A stretch of DNA of 64,000 bases from a virus (lineage: Duplodnaviria; Caudoviricetes). This document shows positions 46,919 through 57,456 of this stretch, piece after piece. Both the position numbers and the translations under genes were made by a program. Below the pieces are notes generated by a model. The model ran no database searches. It saw nothing but the letters and a program-made list of their open reading frames with translations, and was not told the DNA's origin. The stretch covers positions 2,013-66,012 of IMG/VR virus record IMGVR_UViG_3300045282_000227; one strand, given 5' to 3'. How positions within the stretch are numbered: position 1 is the first letter of the stretch; every line of letters begins with the position of its first letter.

Positions 46919-48748
46919 ATGCCTGGCTATAAAGAAACTGTCCAATCACTCAATCCCGTCTTCTTCCTGACGTTCGACGGCGATTCTGTCAATCCGACGA
47001 CTCATACATTCAACTCCGGCGATCTGATCGACGAGTCGGGCTACTCTGCCCCGACAATGATAATGAATGAAGACCCGGCGCATCCTGCCTATCGTGCAGG
47101 AATTCAGTCGTTGGTCAATCTCGAACCAGCCGGACAGTATGCAACCTCATTCGGTTGGTACGGCTATCAGCCAGCAGCAACCACTCGTTGGCCACAAGCG
47201 TTCGTTCAGGTCACTCACCAAGCCCAACACCACTTCGACGCAAACAATGGATCGTTCACGGTCTCATTGATGTTCGATAAAGAGGTCACCGACTCAGCCT
47301 GGCGTTCGGTTGAATTCAATCTTGCTGGTAACTGGACAGCTACCAGAATCAGCCCGATGATCCGCAAGGGTTCGTCGTTCAGAATATTCTTGTATGAACC
47401 CTATGGAAGTCCGACCGGTGTCATCCGTGTGGTGCTCCCGAATGGCACGAACATGGATTGGGGTCTCCCAGGTTGGTTCTACAACCGTCGCAACCATATC
47501 ACGTTCACCTGGAATGTCTACCAGACGCTCGAGGGAACCTGGATCATGGAAGCCACTCTGTATGTCAATGGACATGTCAGAGCTACACAGACATTCACTG
47601 ACGTCGATGACTATGTCAACTCGTCTTCAACCGACAATATCGAAATCGCAGGAACAAGTGAGACGACCGATTCGGCCTTCAGTAACCGTTGTGTCTCGAA
47701 TGTCGAGTTTGACCAGATCTTCATCATCGATCGTGCCTTGACGGCAGACGAGAACGCTCGCCTATACAGAAAGACGATGTTGTATCGCGATATCGTCCTA
47801 GCAGCTCAGCCGGCATTCTTCTATCCGATGGGCGATGCCCAGACGTCACTCGACTTCACAATGTCGAATGCCATCCCGGGTGGTCTGAATGGTCTCTACC
47901 AAGGTGGCCTCGGCAAGCTCACTCGTGAACAGCCAGGCCCGACGATTCCGATTGGCAGCTCTTCGACAGACTTCCACGGCGGAACGGCTGTCGTTCACGC
48001 CTATAACAACTGCGGTGGCGAGTCGACCATCTTCAACCCAGGCGGCGACTACACGGTCGAGACCTGGTTCAAGATTTCTACGGCCGATCGCTCGATTCTG
48101 TTCTCGTCACAGTCTGATGACCTTCCATGGAACGGCATCCTGGTCGAGATGAATCGCCGAAACAATCTGTTCCAGTCTGGCATGATTCAATTCTCGATCA
48201 ATTCAGACTACCAGGTGAGCACTCGAGTCCTCACAGACACCGGTGGCCTGTACAACTTCACCGACAATCTCTGGCACTACTTGACATTGGTTAGAAAGGC
48301 AAACAAGATCTATATCTGGGTCGATGCCGTTCTGCACACTGTGATCGACGCGCCACTCGTCTCAACCGGTCTGCCTGGTCAGTTCTTCTTCATGGGAATG
48401 ATGCCAGGCAATCTAAACACGTTCGGATTCTTGAGCAACTTTGTCATCTACAACTATGCCCTGGACGACGCCGAGATTCGGATGCGCAACACCTATTCGA
48501 GCATCTATCGTATTCAAGGCAATGTCACGCTGCAGGGCAATCCGTATGGTGCGACAATCAGACTATACAATCACAGGACTGGTCAGCTTGCCCAAGAGAC
48601 AGCAAGCAACCCAGATTCAGGTTACTACAATGCCTTGCTCTATGACAATTCACTGATTGATTTGGTCGCGATGAACAAGCAAGACGCCAATGTGCGCTAT
48701 CGAGTCTATGGACCGTTGGTGCCTGGATTTTACGAGGATCTACCCTAA
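46919..48748 (+). CDS. LamG/concanavalin-A-like domain virion protein
   Basis: Two LamG-like halves (YTVETWFK, WHYLTLVR..IWVD, IYNYAL). Confidence 0.75.
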   Translation: MPGYKETVQSLNPVFFLTFDGDSVNPTTHTFNSGDLIDESGYSAPTMIMNEDPAHPAYRAGIQSLVNLEPAGQYATSFGWYGYQPAATTRWPQAFVQVTHQAQHHFDANNGSFTVSLMFDKEVTDSAWRSVEFNLAGNWTATRISPMIRKGSSFRIFLYEPYGSPTGVIRVVLPNGTNMDWGLPGWFYNRRNHITFTWNVYQTLEGTWIMEATLYVNGHVRATQTFTDVDDYVNSSSTDNIEIAGTSETTDSAFSNRCVSNVEFDQIFIIDRALTADENARLYRKTMLYRDIVLAAQPAFFYPMGDAQTSLDFTMSNAIPGGLNGLYQGGLGKLTREQPGPTIPIGSSSTDFHGGTAVVHAYNNCGGESTIFNPGGDYTVETWFKISTADRSILFSSQSDDLPWNGILVEMNRRNNLFQSGMIQFSINSDYQVSTRVLTDTGGLYNFTDNLWHYLTLVRKANKIYIWVDAVLHTVIDAPLVSTGLPGQFFFMGMMPGNLNTFGFLSNFVIYNYALDDAEIRMRNTYSSIYRIQGNVTLQGNPYGATIRLYNHRTGQLAQETASNPDSGYYNALLYDNSLIDLVAMNKQDANVRYRVYGPLVPGFYEDLP

Positions 48749-49887
48749 TGGCATACGATAGCGTTCAAAGAATTTGGTTGCCACCGTGCAAGCATCTACA
48801 CGGTGATCTGACCTCATGGAAGCTCTTGGTTGCTGACATCGATGCCTCGCTCATAGCTGCTGGAATCGTGCATACGTCTGACACGGGCCAGCTAGACATC
48901 AGTGCCGTCTCGAGCATAGGTTCAGGCGCCAACACAACCTATCTGGGATACAAGATCTATGCGTTCAATGACTCATGGCAGTCTACGATGCCGATCTACT
49001 TCCGAATGGATTACGGTTGCGGATACGATCGCAGCACATCGAACGGTGTTCAGCGTGCACTCGTCATCAAACTTCAGTTCTCAACTGCTACCAACGGCAG
49101 TGGAACTCTGACAGGAACGCTGAGCTACCAGAGTAAGTTCCCAGGAAACACTGTGCCTGATACGGCTGCTGGTTCTGATCCAACATGGCCGAACTACTAC
49201 CAAGGAACCAATTACATCAGTCACAACAAGACGGTCGGATTCCTTGGTTTCCTTTACCAGAGTCTTGGTCGCGGAACCGTGGCTTCGTACACCAATCAAT
49301 TCGCCACGACGAACTATGCGGGTTGCACAATTGCATTCGCGGTTCAAAGAACCCACGGTCCTGATGGTCTACCAGATGGTAAGGGATTCGTTATCTACGA
49401 TCCAAGGCGTAGCTGGTTCAACGGAAACGATCACACATTCACATCGATGTCACAGACGATCTGGTATTCGCCGGCGATGACAAACAGCACGGCACCAACA
49501 ACATGGAACGCTGATGCTTCTAGTTCTGGTGACATCTGGTTGACATACGTCCCTGGCCTCGAATACGAAGGTTCTTGGACCACAGGTGGCACTCCAACTC
49601 ACCAACCTGACTCTACCTATGGTGGCAAGCCTATCGCGTTCCCTATCAACTATTGGAATTTCGACAAGGGTCCAACACCGTTCGATTGTATGGCCGGCTT
49701 CTTGGCCAACTCTAGCTATGGTGGTGGCCAACTCGTTACTATCGAAACCATTCCTGGCTTGAAGAGGAAGTTCTTGATTCTTCCACACCACTCGACGTTC
49801 AACTTCTCGAGACAATTCATCTTTGGTGCGAGTGGTGCTGACCTACGAAACAGTGCAGCGGGTCGCGTCGCTTTCTTGTGGGAGTGA
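48748..49887 (+). CDS. Putative virion structural protein
   Basis: DTGQLD..GYKIYAFND..PIYFRMDYG; S/T/G-rich; coupled. Confidence 0.6.
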   Translation: MAYDSVQRIWLPPCKHLHGDLTSWKLLVADIDASLIAAGIVHTSDTGQLDISAVSSIGSGANTTYLGYKIYAFNDSWQSTMPIYFRMDYGCGYDRSTSNGVQRALVIKLQFSTATNGSGTLTGTLSYQSKFPGNTVPDTAAGSDPTWPNYYQGTNYISHNKTVGFLGFLYQSLGRGTVASYTNQFATTNYAGCTIAFAVQRTHGPDGLPDGKGFVIYDPRRSWFNGNDHTFTSMSQTIWYSPAMTNSTAPTTWNADASSSGDIWLTYVPGLEYEGSWTTGGTPTHQPDSTYGGKPIAFPINYWNFDKGPTPFDCMAGFLANSSYGGGQLVTIETIPGLKRKFLILPHHSTFNFSRQFIFGASGADLRNSAAGRVAFLWE

Positions 49888-49890
49888 CCT

Positions 49891-51588
49891 GTGACAACAC
49901 AGACAGCAAGATACTGGTGCTTTTGGTTCCGCAATGTCTTCGGCAATGCACTCATCAGTGCCCAAAGTGTCATCAAGGGAATCACTCTCCGCGATGGTAG
50001 TGGTACAGCTATCTCGTATGCTGATGCAAGGGCCTACAGTCCAGAGAATCGCGTAGATTCTGGTTCGGGAACTCGAGCTCTCCTTGACGCCGACAGTTCT
50101 ACATTCTGTGCTTTCTATACAGCGACCGATTACTTTGTTCTGTTCGATTTCGGAACAGCCGTTACAGTTGGCTCCTATGACATCCAAGGTTCGGCGTCTG
50201 TAAAGGAATCGCCGAATCATTGGTTACTGATGTGTCGAAATGATTATCCGTTCGATTGGTCACAGAATTGGACAGAGCTCGGCCTGTTTCAGATTGCGTC
50301 TCCTTGGACGGCCAGTCAAACCAAATCATTCAACCTCTCCGACGCCAATCCACCTTTCGAAGAAGCTGTCTGGGCTCAAGGTGGTCAGACATCTTGGGTT
50401 GCCGATAGCGCTGATATGCTTCTCACGGATTTTGGTGATGCCACAGGTGAAGCAATCTGGCTAGGTCGAACTGGCGATAAGCGTCAGAGCTACTGGGGTG
50501 ACGGAATCATCTCTGGTAGTGTGACAGACAGCAGCGGATTCATCTCCGGTGCCAAGGTCTATCTCGTCGATCCAGCGAACAGGAACCATGTAGCCGAGAC
50601 AACGGCAGACGGCGTTGGCTTCTATCAGTTCTTGAATCTCGATCGTACTTGCCTCTTCGACATCGTTGCACAAGATCCGGCAGGTCTCTGGGAGAAACGC
50701 GTTTCGAGTAGCCGTCGTCCTTGGGCCCAGGCACAGATGGTCATCAATGTCGCCGACGAACCATTCAATGGACAGCGCCCTGGCCAGTTCGGTATACAAC
50801 TGAATTCGAAAGAATCTCCTAAACTGGTTGCTACATTCGGTGTAGGTGAGGACACCTGGACGGCCCTGAATTGTTCTGATCCGTTTTTCAAGTATGTCAC
50901 TGCCTTGATTCGCATTGACGATACAGGTGCCATCTACGACATGTCGAAGACGCAGATGGCACACACCTCAGGAACAGCTGCCGCGTCGAACGTCGTCACA
51001 CCACCAACGGGATTCGGAAACAACTCTTTGAGAATCGGTGTCAGTGGTGACGCCTACAGTTTCTACACATTCAGCAATTTCCCGAATGTCATGGATAGAG
51101 ACTTCACCTGTGAGTACTACCTCTATCCGCTTTCGTCGCCAGGCGCCTCACAAGGTTATCAAATCTGTTTCGATGAGTCGGGTTGGCAGTCTGCCAAGAA
51201 CGGTAACTACCTGTTCTATACTCACCCGAACACATCACCGTCACAGGTGAATTTCCTCACACCACAACAGAATGTATCTTGGATCTATTTGTTCGGCGGA
51301 AACCCTGCCGGTTCTGGTACGGCCAATGCCTTGACTATGGACGCTTGGCAGCATGTCGAGGTGTCAAGACAGAACAATACATACAGAATCTTCATCGACG
51401 GTGTCAAGAAGACCGAACAGAGCTACACCACATACTCAGTCGCCAACGATCTCTATCCCAATGTGTTCATGCTGGGCGTGTACACGTACTCGACGCCATC
51501 CTATATGACTGGTATCAGATTCACTGACGGCATCTGCAGACACACTGCCACTTTCACGCCGCCGACTTTCGCCGAGATGTATCAATGA
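49891..51588 (+). CDS. Virion protein with discoidin-like and LamG-like domains
   Basis: FDFGTAVTV.SY..SP..W; DFTCEY..WQHVEVSR..IFIDG..IRFTDGICRH..FTPPT. Confidence 0.7.
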   Translation: MTTQTARYWCFWFRNVFGNALISAQSVIKGITLRDGSGTAISYADARAYSPENRVDSGSGTRALLDADSSTFCAFYTATDYFVLFDFGTAVTVGSYDIQGSASVKESPNHWLLMCRNDYPFDWSQNWTELGLFQIASPWTASQTKSFNLSDANPPFEEAVWAQGGQTSWVADSADMLLTDFGDATGEAIWLGRTGDKRQSYWGDGIISGSVTDSSGFISGAKVYLVDPANRNHVAETTADGVGFYQFLNLDRTCLFDIVAQDPAGLWEKRVSSSRRPWAQAQMVINVADEPFNGQRPGQFGIQLNSKESPKLVATFGVGEDTWTALNCSDPFFKYVTALIRIDDTGAIYDMSKTQMAHTSGTAAASNVVTPPTGFGNNSLRIGVSGDAYSFYTFSNFPNVMDRDFTCEYYLYPLSSPGASQGYQICFDESGWQSAKNGNYLFYTHPNTSPSQVNFLTPQQNVSWIYLFGGNPAGSGTANALTMDAWQHVEVSRQNNTYRIFIDGVKKTEQSYTTYSVANDLYPNVFMLGVYTYSTPSYMTGIRFTDGICRHTATFTPPTFAEMYQ

Positions 51589-51989
51589 ACCAACTCTATG
51601 CAAAGGCCTCCAAGAGATTCCTCGAGGGTTCAATCAACTGGAACTCTGATACCATCAAAGTGTATCTCGTTGACCAGTCTGTCTATGGTCCTGACCTTGC
51701 CAATGACGAATACTTGAGTGATGTTCCTTCGGGTGCTCGCGTGGCTGGTCCTGTCACTCTATCCGGAAAGACTACAACAGGTGGAGCAGCCGACGCCAAC
51801 GACGTGACCTTCACGGCCGTGACTGGTGTGAACATTGAGTACGTTCTGATCTACAAGGATACAGGAACAGAGTCGACCTCACCGCTGATTGCCTTGATCG
51901 ACCAGGCTGCAACTCTCCCACTCTCGCCCGATGGCTCTGACATCAATGTGAATTGGAGCAACGGAACGAACAAAATCTTCCACTTGTAA
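51585..51989 (+). CDS. Virion structural protein
   Basis: INW.SDTIKV.LVD..ADANDVTF..IYKDTG..SPLIA.ID..P.G.DI.V.W. Confidence 0.75.
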   Translation: MNQLYAKASKRFLEGSINWNSDTIKVYLVDQSVYGPDLANDEYLSDVPSGARVAGPVTLSGKTTTGGAADANDVTFTAVTGVNIEYVLIYKDTGTESTSPLIALIDQAATLPLSPDGSDINVNWSNGTNKIFHL

Positions 51990-52049
51990 ACCGACCTAAA
52001 TACTTTGGGATCTATCAAGCCCGCGCCCTTTGACCTTCAAGGATAATTC

Positions 52050-54575
52050 ATGATTCTTAGTCCACTAGGATGGCAACAATCCCTAGTGGGCTATCCTGGA
52101 ATAGCGCACCAGGAAGTCAATTGCTACTGGGTCTTCCGTCCTGGTAACAATGTTCCCATCCGTCTCGATACCACCTGGGCTCCGCGCTCAGGTAACGACG
52201 CGGCTATCGTATTCACCTGTTCGTCGATCTTCATCCCTCCGACCAACTTCGACGGATTCATCAATGTCTATGATGGCATCGCTCTTGATGTCATCCTGCT
52301 CACGTCGATCAGAGTGTTCATGCCGGTCGGTGAATATACGACGGCTGGGCTCTACACATACGTATTCACCAACTTCGACCCGTTCGCGGATGGTGCATAT
52401 ACAACTGTTCAGGTACTCGAACTCAATCTTCTCTTCAAAGCCTATGACGGCGTTGATTCGACGGCCGTCCTGCACGAGACATTCTTCTGTCGTGCCTATG
52501 ATGGTGCTGCAACAGGCTCGGCTTGCGCAGGTGTCAGTTTCGATCAGTTCTCGCATGTCTCGTCGGCAGGTAACGCGACCACTGTCAGCCCACCGACTGG
52601 CTTTGTACTCAAGACGTCTGGCGATGCGACCTATGGTGACAACCTAAGCACTGGCGTCACGACGACCTACGACAAGCCTGTCTCGATCACATGGACACAG
52701 GTTGCCAACGGAACACTGGTCTCTGATAACTCGACTACGTTCTCGCCGTATGCGTTTGCTCACTTCTTCACGAACAACCCGGCAAGCATAACGACCACAA
52801 CGTCGACGGATCCTGGTCGTAACCCGTTCGGTGCCGCTCTTGTAACATCGAACCCGCCATACATTGCCCTTGCACTTCCGAAGACGCCTGGCTCGGCCAT
52901 CACCCTTCGTGTATCGGACGGAACGACATCTTCTGATACGAGCATCACAGCGACCGGCGTCGACCTATTCGACGGTCTGCCAATCAATGTCACTCTGAAG
53001 AAGGCGCTCGACGGAAAGGCGGCTGTCGAGGTCTGGCACAACGATGCACTGCTCTACGACGCCGAAACTTCGCTGAATTATCCGTCCGACGTCTTGCCGA
53101 TATGGCACTTCGACAATGGCGCGAACAGTTCTGCAAACAATATCACCGTCGACAACCTTGCTTCCTGCGATGGCCACGAGTTCATCCACTTTGCCCAGGC
53201 AGATGTCCTTGTACCAAATGCACACCAGGTAGGCGAGTTCTGTCAGGCGAACCTGTATACTCGAGTCTCGTTCGTCTGCTCACAGTTCGTCGGCGAAGAC
53301 ATCTCGATCAACCTGACCCTACCGAACAGAACGCTGCCGACTGCGTTCGTCAAGGACGGCATTGCAATCACTGTCGACATGATCGTCGGCAACAATCTCG
53401 GCATCGTCCCGAACAAAGATGGCGCCTATGCAACGGCCGACATCACTGTCTCGCACCCACTCGGAACCATCAACGCATATGACGGCGTCGACAGCACGGT
53501 TGTTGATCTTTACGTCCTCCCGGCAATCAGAGCTGACGTCTATGATGGCGTCGCTATCTCGATCGACCTCAGACTCGATCCGGTGTTCGGTGAGACCTTT
53601 GCGTTCGACGGCGTCGCGTTCAGTCCGGCACTCACAGTCAACCACCCACAGAACTTTGGCATACTGAATGTCTATGATGGTCCGTATCTCACTCTGGTCC
53701 TCCACCACCCAGAAGCAGTGTTCTTCTACCCACGTCCGTTCTATGCTGGTGAAGAGTTCTACTCTGATGAGATTGGCTTCCGCTCCATGGATCTCGACTA
53801 TGACATCGTCGTGGATCCATGGTTCAACGGTCACGCGAATATCGAATTGGCGGGTGGTCCGCCTGCTCATGCTAGGTATTGGGGTTGCGGTCTCGAATGT
53901 GAAATCCGAGTCGACCTCAAGACTCTACCTGTCTTGCATCCGGTCGGTGCCTTCGACGGCCCAAGTATGTCGATCGTCGATCAGATCGTCCTACAGGTTG
54001 CACCATTCTATGTCGGCACCAATGCGACGCTCGAATGCATGGTTGTCGACTACACGAACATCAAGCTCTGCCCGGGTAACTTCATCCCGGACGGCGACCA
54101 CGCAGACATCGAGTTCCTCTATACATATCCAGAATGCGGAATCGTATACAAAGTCTATGACGGTGCTCGAATCGACTGCTATCTCTCGGCTCATTATGGA
54201 TTCTTCCTTCCGTCCTATGACGGTCCGTACATGTATTGCAACCTGTTCGTTCCGGAGCCGGTTGACATCTGGCACCTGAATGCCTATGATGGTCCGTTCA
54301 TGCGTGTCAGCAATCCAGAGTTCGATCCGAAGGCCTACGATGGCGCAGCAACGTACTTCGAATTCGCACCAGACAGATACTTCGCGTATGATGGTGCCTT
54401 CTGCACCGTGACTAAATTGACATTGGACTACAATGTAGAATTCCTTGAATCTGGTTGCCTCGACAACGAGTTCGTCCCGACGACACCAGAAGGCTATCTC
54501 GACTACAGCAAATTCAACCCGGTTCCGGTGGAGCTCGACTACTTCGAGCATAGCGTCCTGGCGCACTGCTTCTAA
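52050..54575 (+). CDS. Large virion protein with many (A/V)YDG repeats
   Basis: Many YDG/FDG/KDG units; TAAATA box near 51997. Confidence 0.7.
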   Translation: MILSPLGWQQSLVGYPGIAHQEVNCYWVFRPGNNVPIRLDTTWAPRSGNDAAIVFTCSSIFIPPTNFDGFINVYDGIALDVILLTSIRVFMPVGEYTTAGLYTYVFTNFDPFADGAYTTVQVLELNLLFKAYDGVDSTAVLHETFFCRAYDGAATGSACAGVSFDQFSHVSSAGNATTVSPPTGFVLKTSGDATYGDNLSTGVTTTYDKPVSITWTQVANGTLVSDNSTTFSPYAFAHFFTNNPASITTTTSTDPGRNPFGAALVTSNPPYIALALPKTPGSAITLRVSDGTTSSDTSITATGVDLFDGLPINVTLKKALDGKAAVEVWHNDALLYDAETSLNYPSDVLPIWHFDNGANSSANNITVDNLASCDGHEFIHFAQADVLVPNAHQVGEFCQANLYTRVSFVCSQFVGEDISINLTLPNRTLPTAFVKDGIAITVDMIVGNNLGIVPNKDGAYATADITVSHPLGTINAYDGVDSTVVDLYVLPAIRADVYDGVAISIDLRLDPVFGETFAFDGVAFSPALTVNHPQNFGILNVYDGPYLTLVLHHPEAVFFYPRPFYAGEEFYSDEIGFRSMDLDYDIVVDPWFNGHANIELAGGPPAHARYWGCGLECEIRVDLKTLPVLHPVGAFDGPSMSIVDQIVLQVAPFYVGTNATLECMVVDYTNIKLCPGNFIPDGDHADIEFLYTYPECGIVYKVYDGARIDCYLSAHYGFFLPSYDGPYMYCNLFVPEPVDIWHLNAYDGPFMRVSNPEFDPKAYDGAATYFEFAPDRYFAYDGAFCTVTKLTLDYNVEFLESGCLDNEFVPTTPEGYLDYSKFNPVPVELDYFEHSVLAHCF

Positions 54576-55876
54576 TGACTACTTGCCTCACATCAATCGC
54601 AGGAATGGGTTCGTACAGTTCTCTCACAGAGATCGTCCCGAGCACTACCTTTGGCCTCAGTCTCACATCGAGCGTCAATCAGCTCTTCCGTTTGTCGTCT
54701 CCGTTGTTCCAGACGGTGTCGATTACATTCAATATCTCGTCGTTCAGTCCGAACATCACACTCGCTGTCTACTCATGGAATGGCTCGACAGCTACCTTTG
54801 TCGGATCGGCCAATTGTACATCTTCTATCGTTACCACGAGCATCGATCTCTCGGCTGGCAACTACATCTTTTGCTTCCATTCGAATACTGGCAACGCGAC
54901 CGGAAACTTCATCGCTCTATTCACAGGATTCCCACAGCTTCCGGTCTTCCAACCGTCGCCTGTGTTCGTGGGTGAACAAGGTACTGTATCGGTTCTCGTG
55001 GTTCCGAAGCCACCGCGAATCTGTCACCAGACAATTTACTTCGAGAAAGTCGACGGAGAGTTCCCACCAGGCATCAGCATCACGAACCTCGGATCCATCC
55101 GTGGCTGGCTTCCGAACCTCGACTGCGTTCCTGATCCACTCAGTCCATCTATGAACTGGTGGTACACAGAGGAAGATGGAACCACGTGGCCATGGGGTCG
55201 TGAATGGAGATTCGAACTGCGTTGCTGGTTGGCAGATGTCATCGAAATTGAAGACTTCGAATGGTTCTGCATCCGCGTCCACAACAACTGGTCGCTCGAC
55301 CAAGATGCGTTCCTCAAGAAGGTTCCATTCGTCAATGTCGTTGAGGTTCGAGTCGTCGAGGATCCTGTCAAGCTGCCACCGAATCTCTGTGTGCCGTGCA
55401 AAGACACCGAAGGCATGCCGGCTTTCGTTCCACAGCCAATCGAAACGCCTTGCCTCCCATGCGGCGACTCTGGACAGACGACAACAATTGAGCTGATCCC
55501 GATTCCACTCGATCTCTGCACCTGCCCTGCGGAGGGATTCATTGACTGGTACGAGACGAACAAAGACACGACTTTCATCAATCCACTGATCGAGAAGTTC
55601 AAGAACGATCTGGCCAATTCGGCGGCTTTCAATCTTCTCAGAACCAAGGCTGGTAAATCCACAAGTGACCTCACCGAAGAACAGAAGGCTCGACAGTTCG
55701 TGGCGGCGACCGCGTTCCAGAACTTCCTCCAGCTGGCAACGGTTCGCGCAGAAGACACAGCCAACCCGAATGATATGGCCCAATTACTTGAGAAGTGGCG
55801 CTCGTATGAAAATCAGATTCTACCAATGCGATTCGCGAATCGAGACGGAGTGAACGTCAGTGTCAACTTTGCCTAA
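54575..55876 (+). CDS. Putative structural protein with Ig-like segment and Cys/Pro-rich region
   Basis: GEFPPGISI...G.I.G; VHNNWS; C.PC motifs. Confidence 0.6.
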   Translation: MTTCLTSIAGMGSYSSLTEIVPSTTFGLSLTSSVNQLFRLSSPLFQTVSITFNISSFSPNITLAVYSWNGSTATFVGSANCTSSIVTTSIDLSAGNYIFCFHSNTGNATGNFIALFTGFPQLPVFQPSPVFVGEQGTVSVLVVPKPPRICHQTIYFEKVDGEFPPGISITNLGSIRGWLPNLDCVPDPLSPSMNWWYTEEDGTTWPWGREWRFELRCWLADVIEIEDFEWFCIRVHNNWSLDQDAFLKKVPFVNVVEVRVVEDPVKLPPNLCVPCKDTEGMPAFVPQPIETPCLPCGDSGQTTTIELIPIPLDLCTCPAEGFIDWYETNKDTTFINPLIEKFKNDLANSAAFNLLRTKAGKSTSDLTEEQKARQFVAATAFQNFLQLATVRAEDTANPNDMAQLLEKWRSYENQILPMRFANRDGVNVSVNFA

Positions 55877-56081
55877 TACACTCTGCCCACCGTGCGACGT
55901 TGTCCAGGACTTCGTTCCGATACAGCTTCCGGCTGAGCTCTGCCCGTGCCCGCCACCTCCGCCCGCGAAACTGATCTTGCCTACCGTTTCGAGTGTCACT
56001 GTCACCACAGACTGCCTGCTAGAGACCCTCAGGGGCCTCACACAGACACTTTTCTGTGATGTTGATCCACCTGGTTGTTGA
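55860..56081 (+). CDS. Small Cys/Pro-rich protein
   Basis: LCPPC..FVPIQLPAELCPCP. Confidence 0.5.
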   Translation: MSTLPNTLCPPCDVVQDFVPIQLPAELCPCPPPPPAKLILPTVSSVTVTTDCLLETLRGLTQTLFCDVDPPGC

Positions 56082-56102
56082 AAAGTCTGACTTAAATACA
56101 AG

Positions 56103-56387
56103 ATGGGAATGGCTGCCTGCAGAATGTTTGATATGACGATGGGACACGGTTGCTGGCCGCCCCAGAAACTCATACAGGGTTCGCACAATGTCTTCATCGA
56201 GTCAAAGCCAGCACACCGAGTCGGTGACAAAATCGTATCGCATTGCTGCTACGGCTGTCACCCAAGCGTTTCGGCCAAAGGATCAAGTACAGTGTTTGTA
56301 AACGGTAGACCACTAATGCGGGTTTCTGATCTAGCCAATTGCGGCTCTGTCATGATGACCGGCGCAATGACAGTGTGGGCAGGATGA
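56103..56387 (+). CDS. PAAR spike-tip protein (gp5.4-like)
   Basis: GHGCWPP..GS.NVFI..PAHRVGD..H..GSSTVFVNG.P..RV.D..CGS. Confidence 0.92.
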   Translation: MGMAACRMFDMTMGHGCWPPQKLIQGSHNVFIESKPAHRVGDKIVSHCCYGCHPSVSAKGSSTVFVNGRPLMRVSDLANCGSVMMTGAMTVWAG

Positions 56388-56770
56388 AAGAGAATCCGAT
56401 CTACACTGACATCGATCTGTCGTTCGTAGCTCATCCATTGACAGGTGATCTACCGACGCGAGTGAATCAAGAGGCCTTGAAGCGAACGATCATTCATCTC
56501 TTCAAGATCAACCCTTTCGATATCCCGTTCCGCACATACAAGTCGAACATGAAGCGCTACTTGTTCGAGACCGATTCGCCCATCATCCGTGCCGCCGTCC
56601 AAACCGATCTATCGTGGATCATCAAGAAGCTCGAGCCACGAATTGTTCTGCGCGAACTCACAGTGACTCCGGTCAACGAGGGTCGCGCGTGGAACATCGA
56701 AGTCACATATTCTGTCAGGTCGCTCAATGGTGACCAGACGTTCGATCTAGTAGTGGAGCGTGTCCGTTGA
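56384..56770 (+). CDS. Baseplate wedge subunit gp25
   Basis: YTDIDLSF.AHPLTGD..EPRI..ERVR. Confidence 0.9.
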   Translation: MKENPIYTDIDLSFVAHPLTGDLPTRVNQEALKRTIIHLFKINPFDIPFRTYKSNMKRYLFETDSPIIRAAVQTDLSWIIKKLEPRIVLRELTVTPVNEGRAWNIEVTYSVRSLNGDQTFDLVVERVR

Positions 56771-57456
56771 ACAGGTTCGGCCAATACTGCTACACGTATC
56801 TCATAGGGTGGCGCACATTGGATGTGTGGTACTATGGTTATCGTGCAGGTAACAAGATGGCACCCTCTAACGATCTCTGGAACGTGTATCCTACCTCTTC
56901 ACAACACGTCAAGGATTTCAGAGCTCTACACGGTGAGCCAGATGTTGTACGAGTGCATAGACTCTTTGAAACCAAAACCGAGGCAAAGAGATACGAGACG
57001 AGATTCATTCAGAGAGTGAACGCTGTATTGAGTGATCGCTGGCTGAATAAGTATGACGGTATTAAATTCCATGGTCCTTCGCAGTTCTCAACGAAATCGC
57101 GGAAGATGATGAGCGTTGCCAAGCTAGGCAAGAAGCGTGGACCACCATCTATCGAAACCAGAATGAAAATGTCAATCGCTATGAAAGGCAAGGTGTTTCC
57201 TCCGATTTCAGATGCAACAAGACTGAAGATGTCTAGAACTCGAAAAGGTAGATCACATTCTATAGAACATAGACATAATTTGTCTGAGGCTCATATGGGT
57301 AGAAGAAATTCTGTAGAAACTCGAATCAAGATTAGCCAAACACATCTAGGCATCAGGCAGTTGATAGTGACATGTCCACATTGTAATGTTTCTGGAGGGT
57401 CTCGAGCCTTGTCCCGTTGGCATTTCGACAATTGTAAGGTATTAGCAAATGCGTAA
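56767..57456 (+). mobile_element. Free-standing homing endonuclease (GIY-YIG-like + NUMOD3, C-terminal CPHC)
   Basis: YTYLIGW..WYYGYR; repeated ETR.KMS..KG; CPHC..RWHFDNCK; paralog of 44345. Confidence 0.85.
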
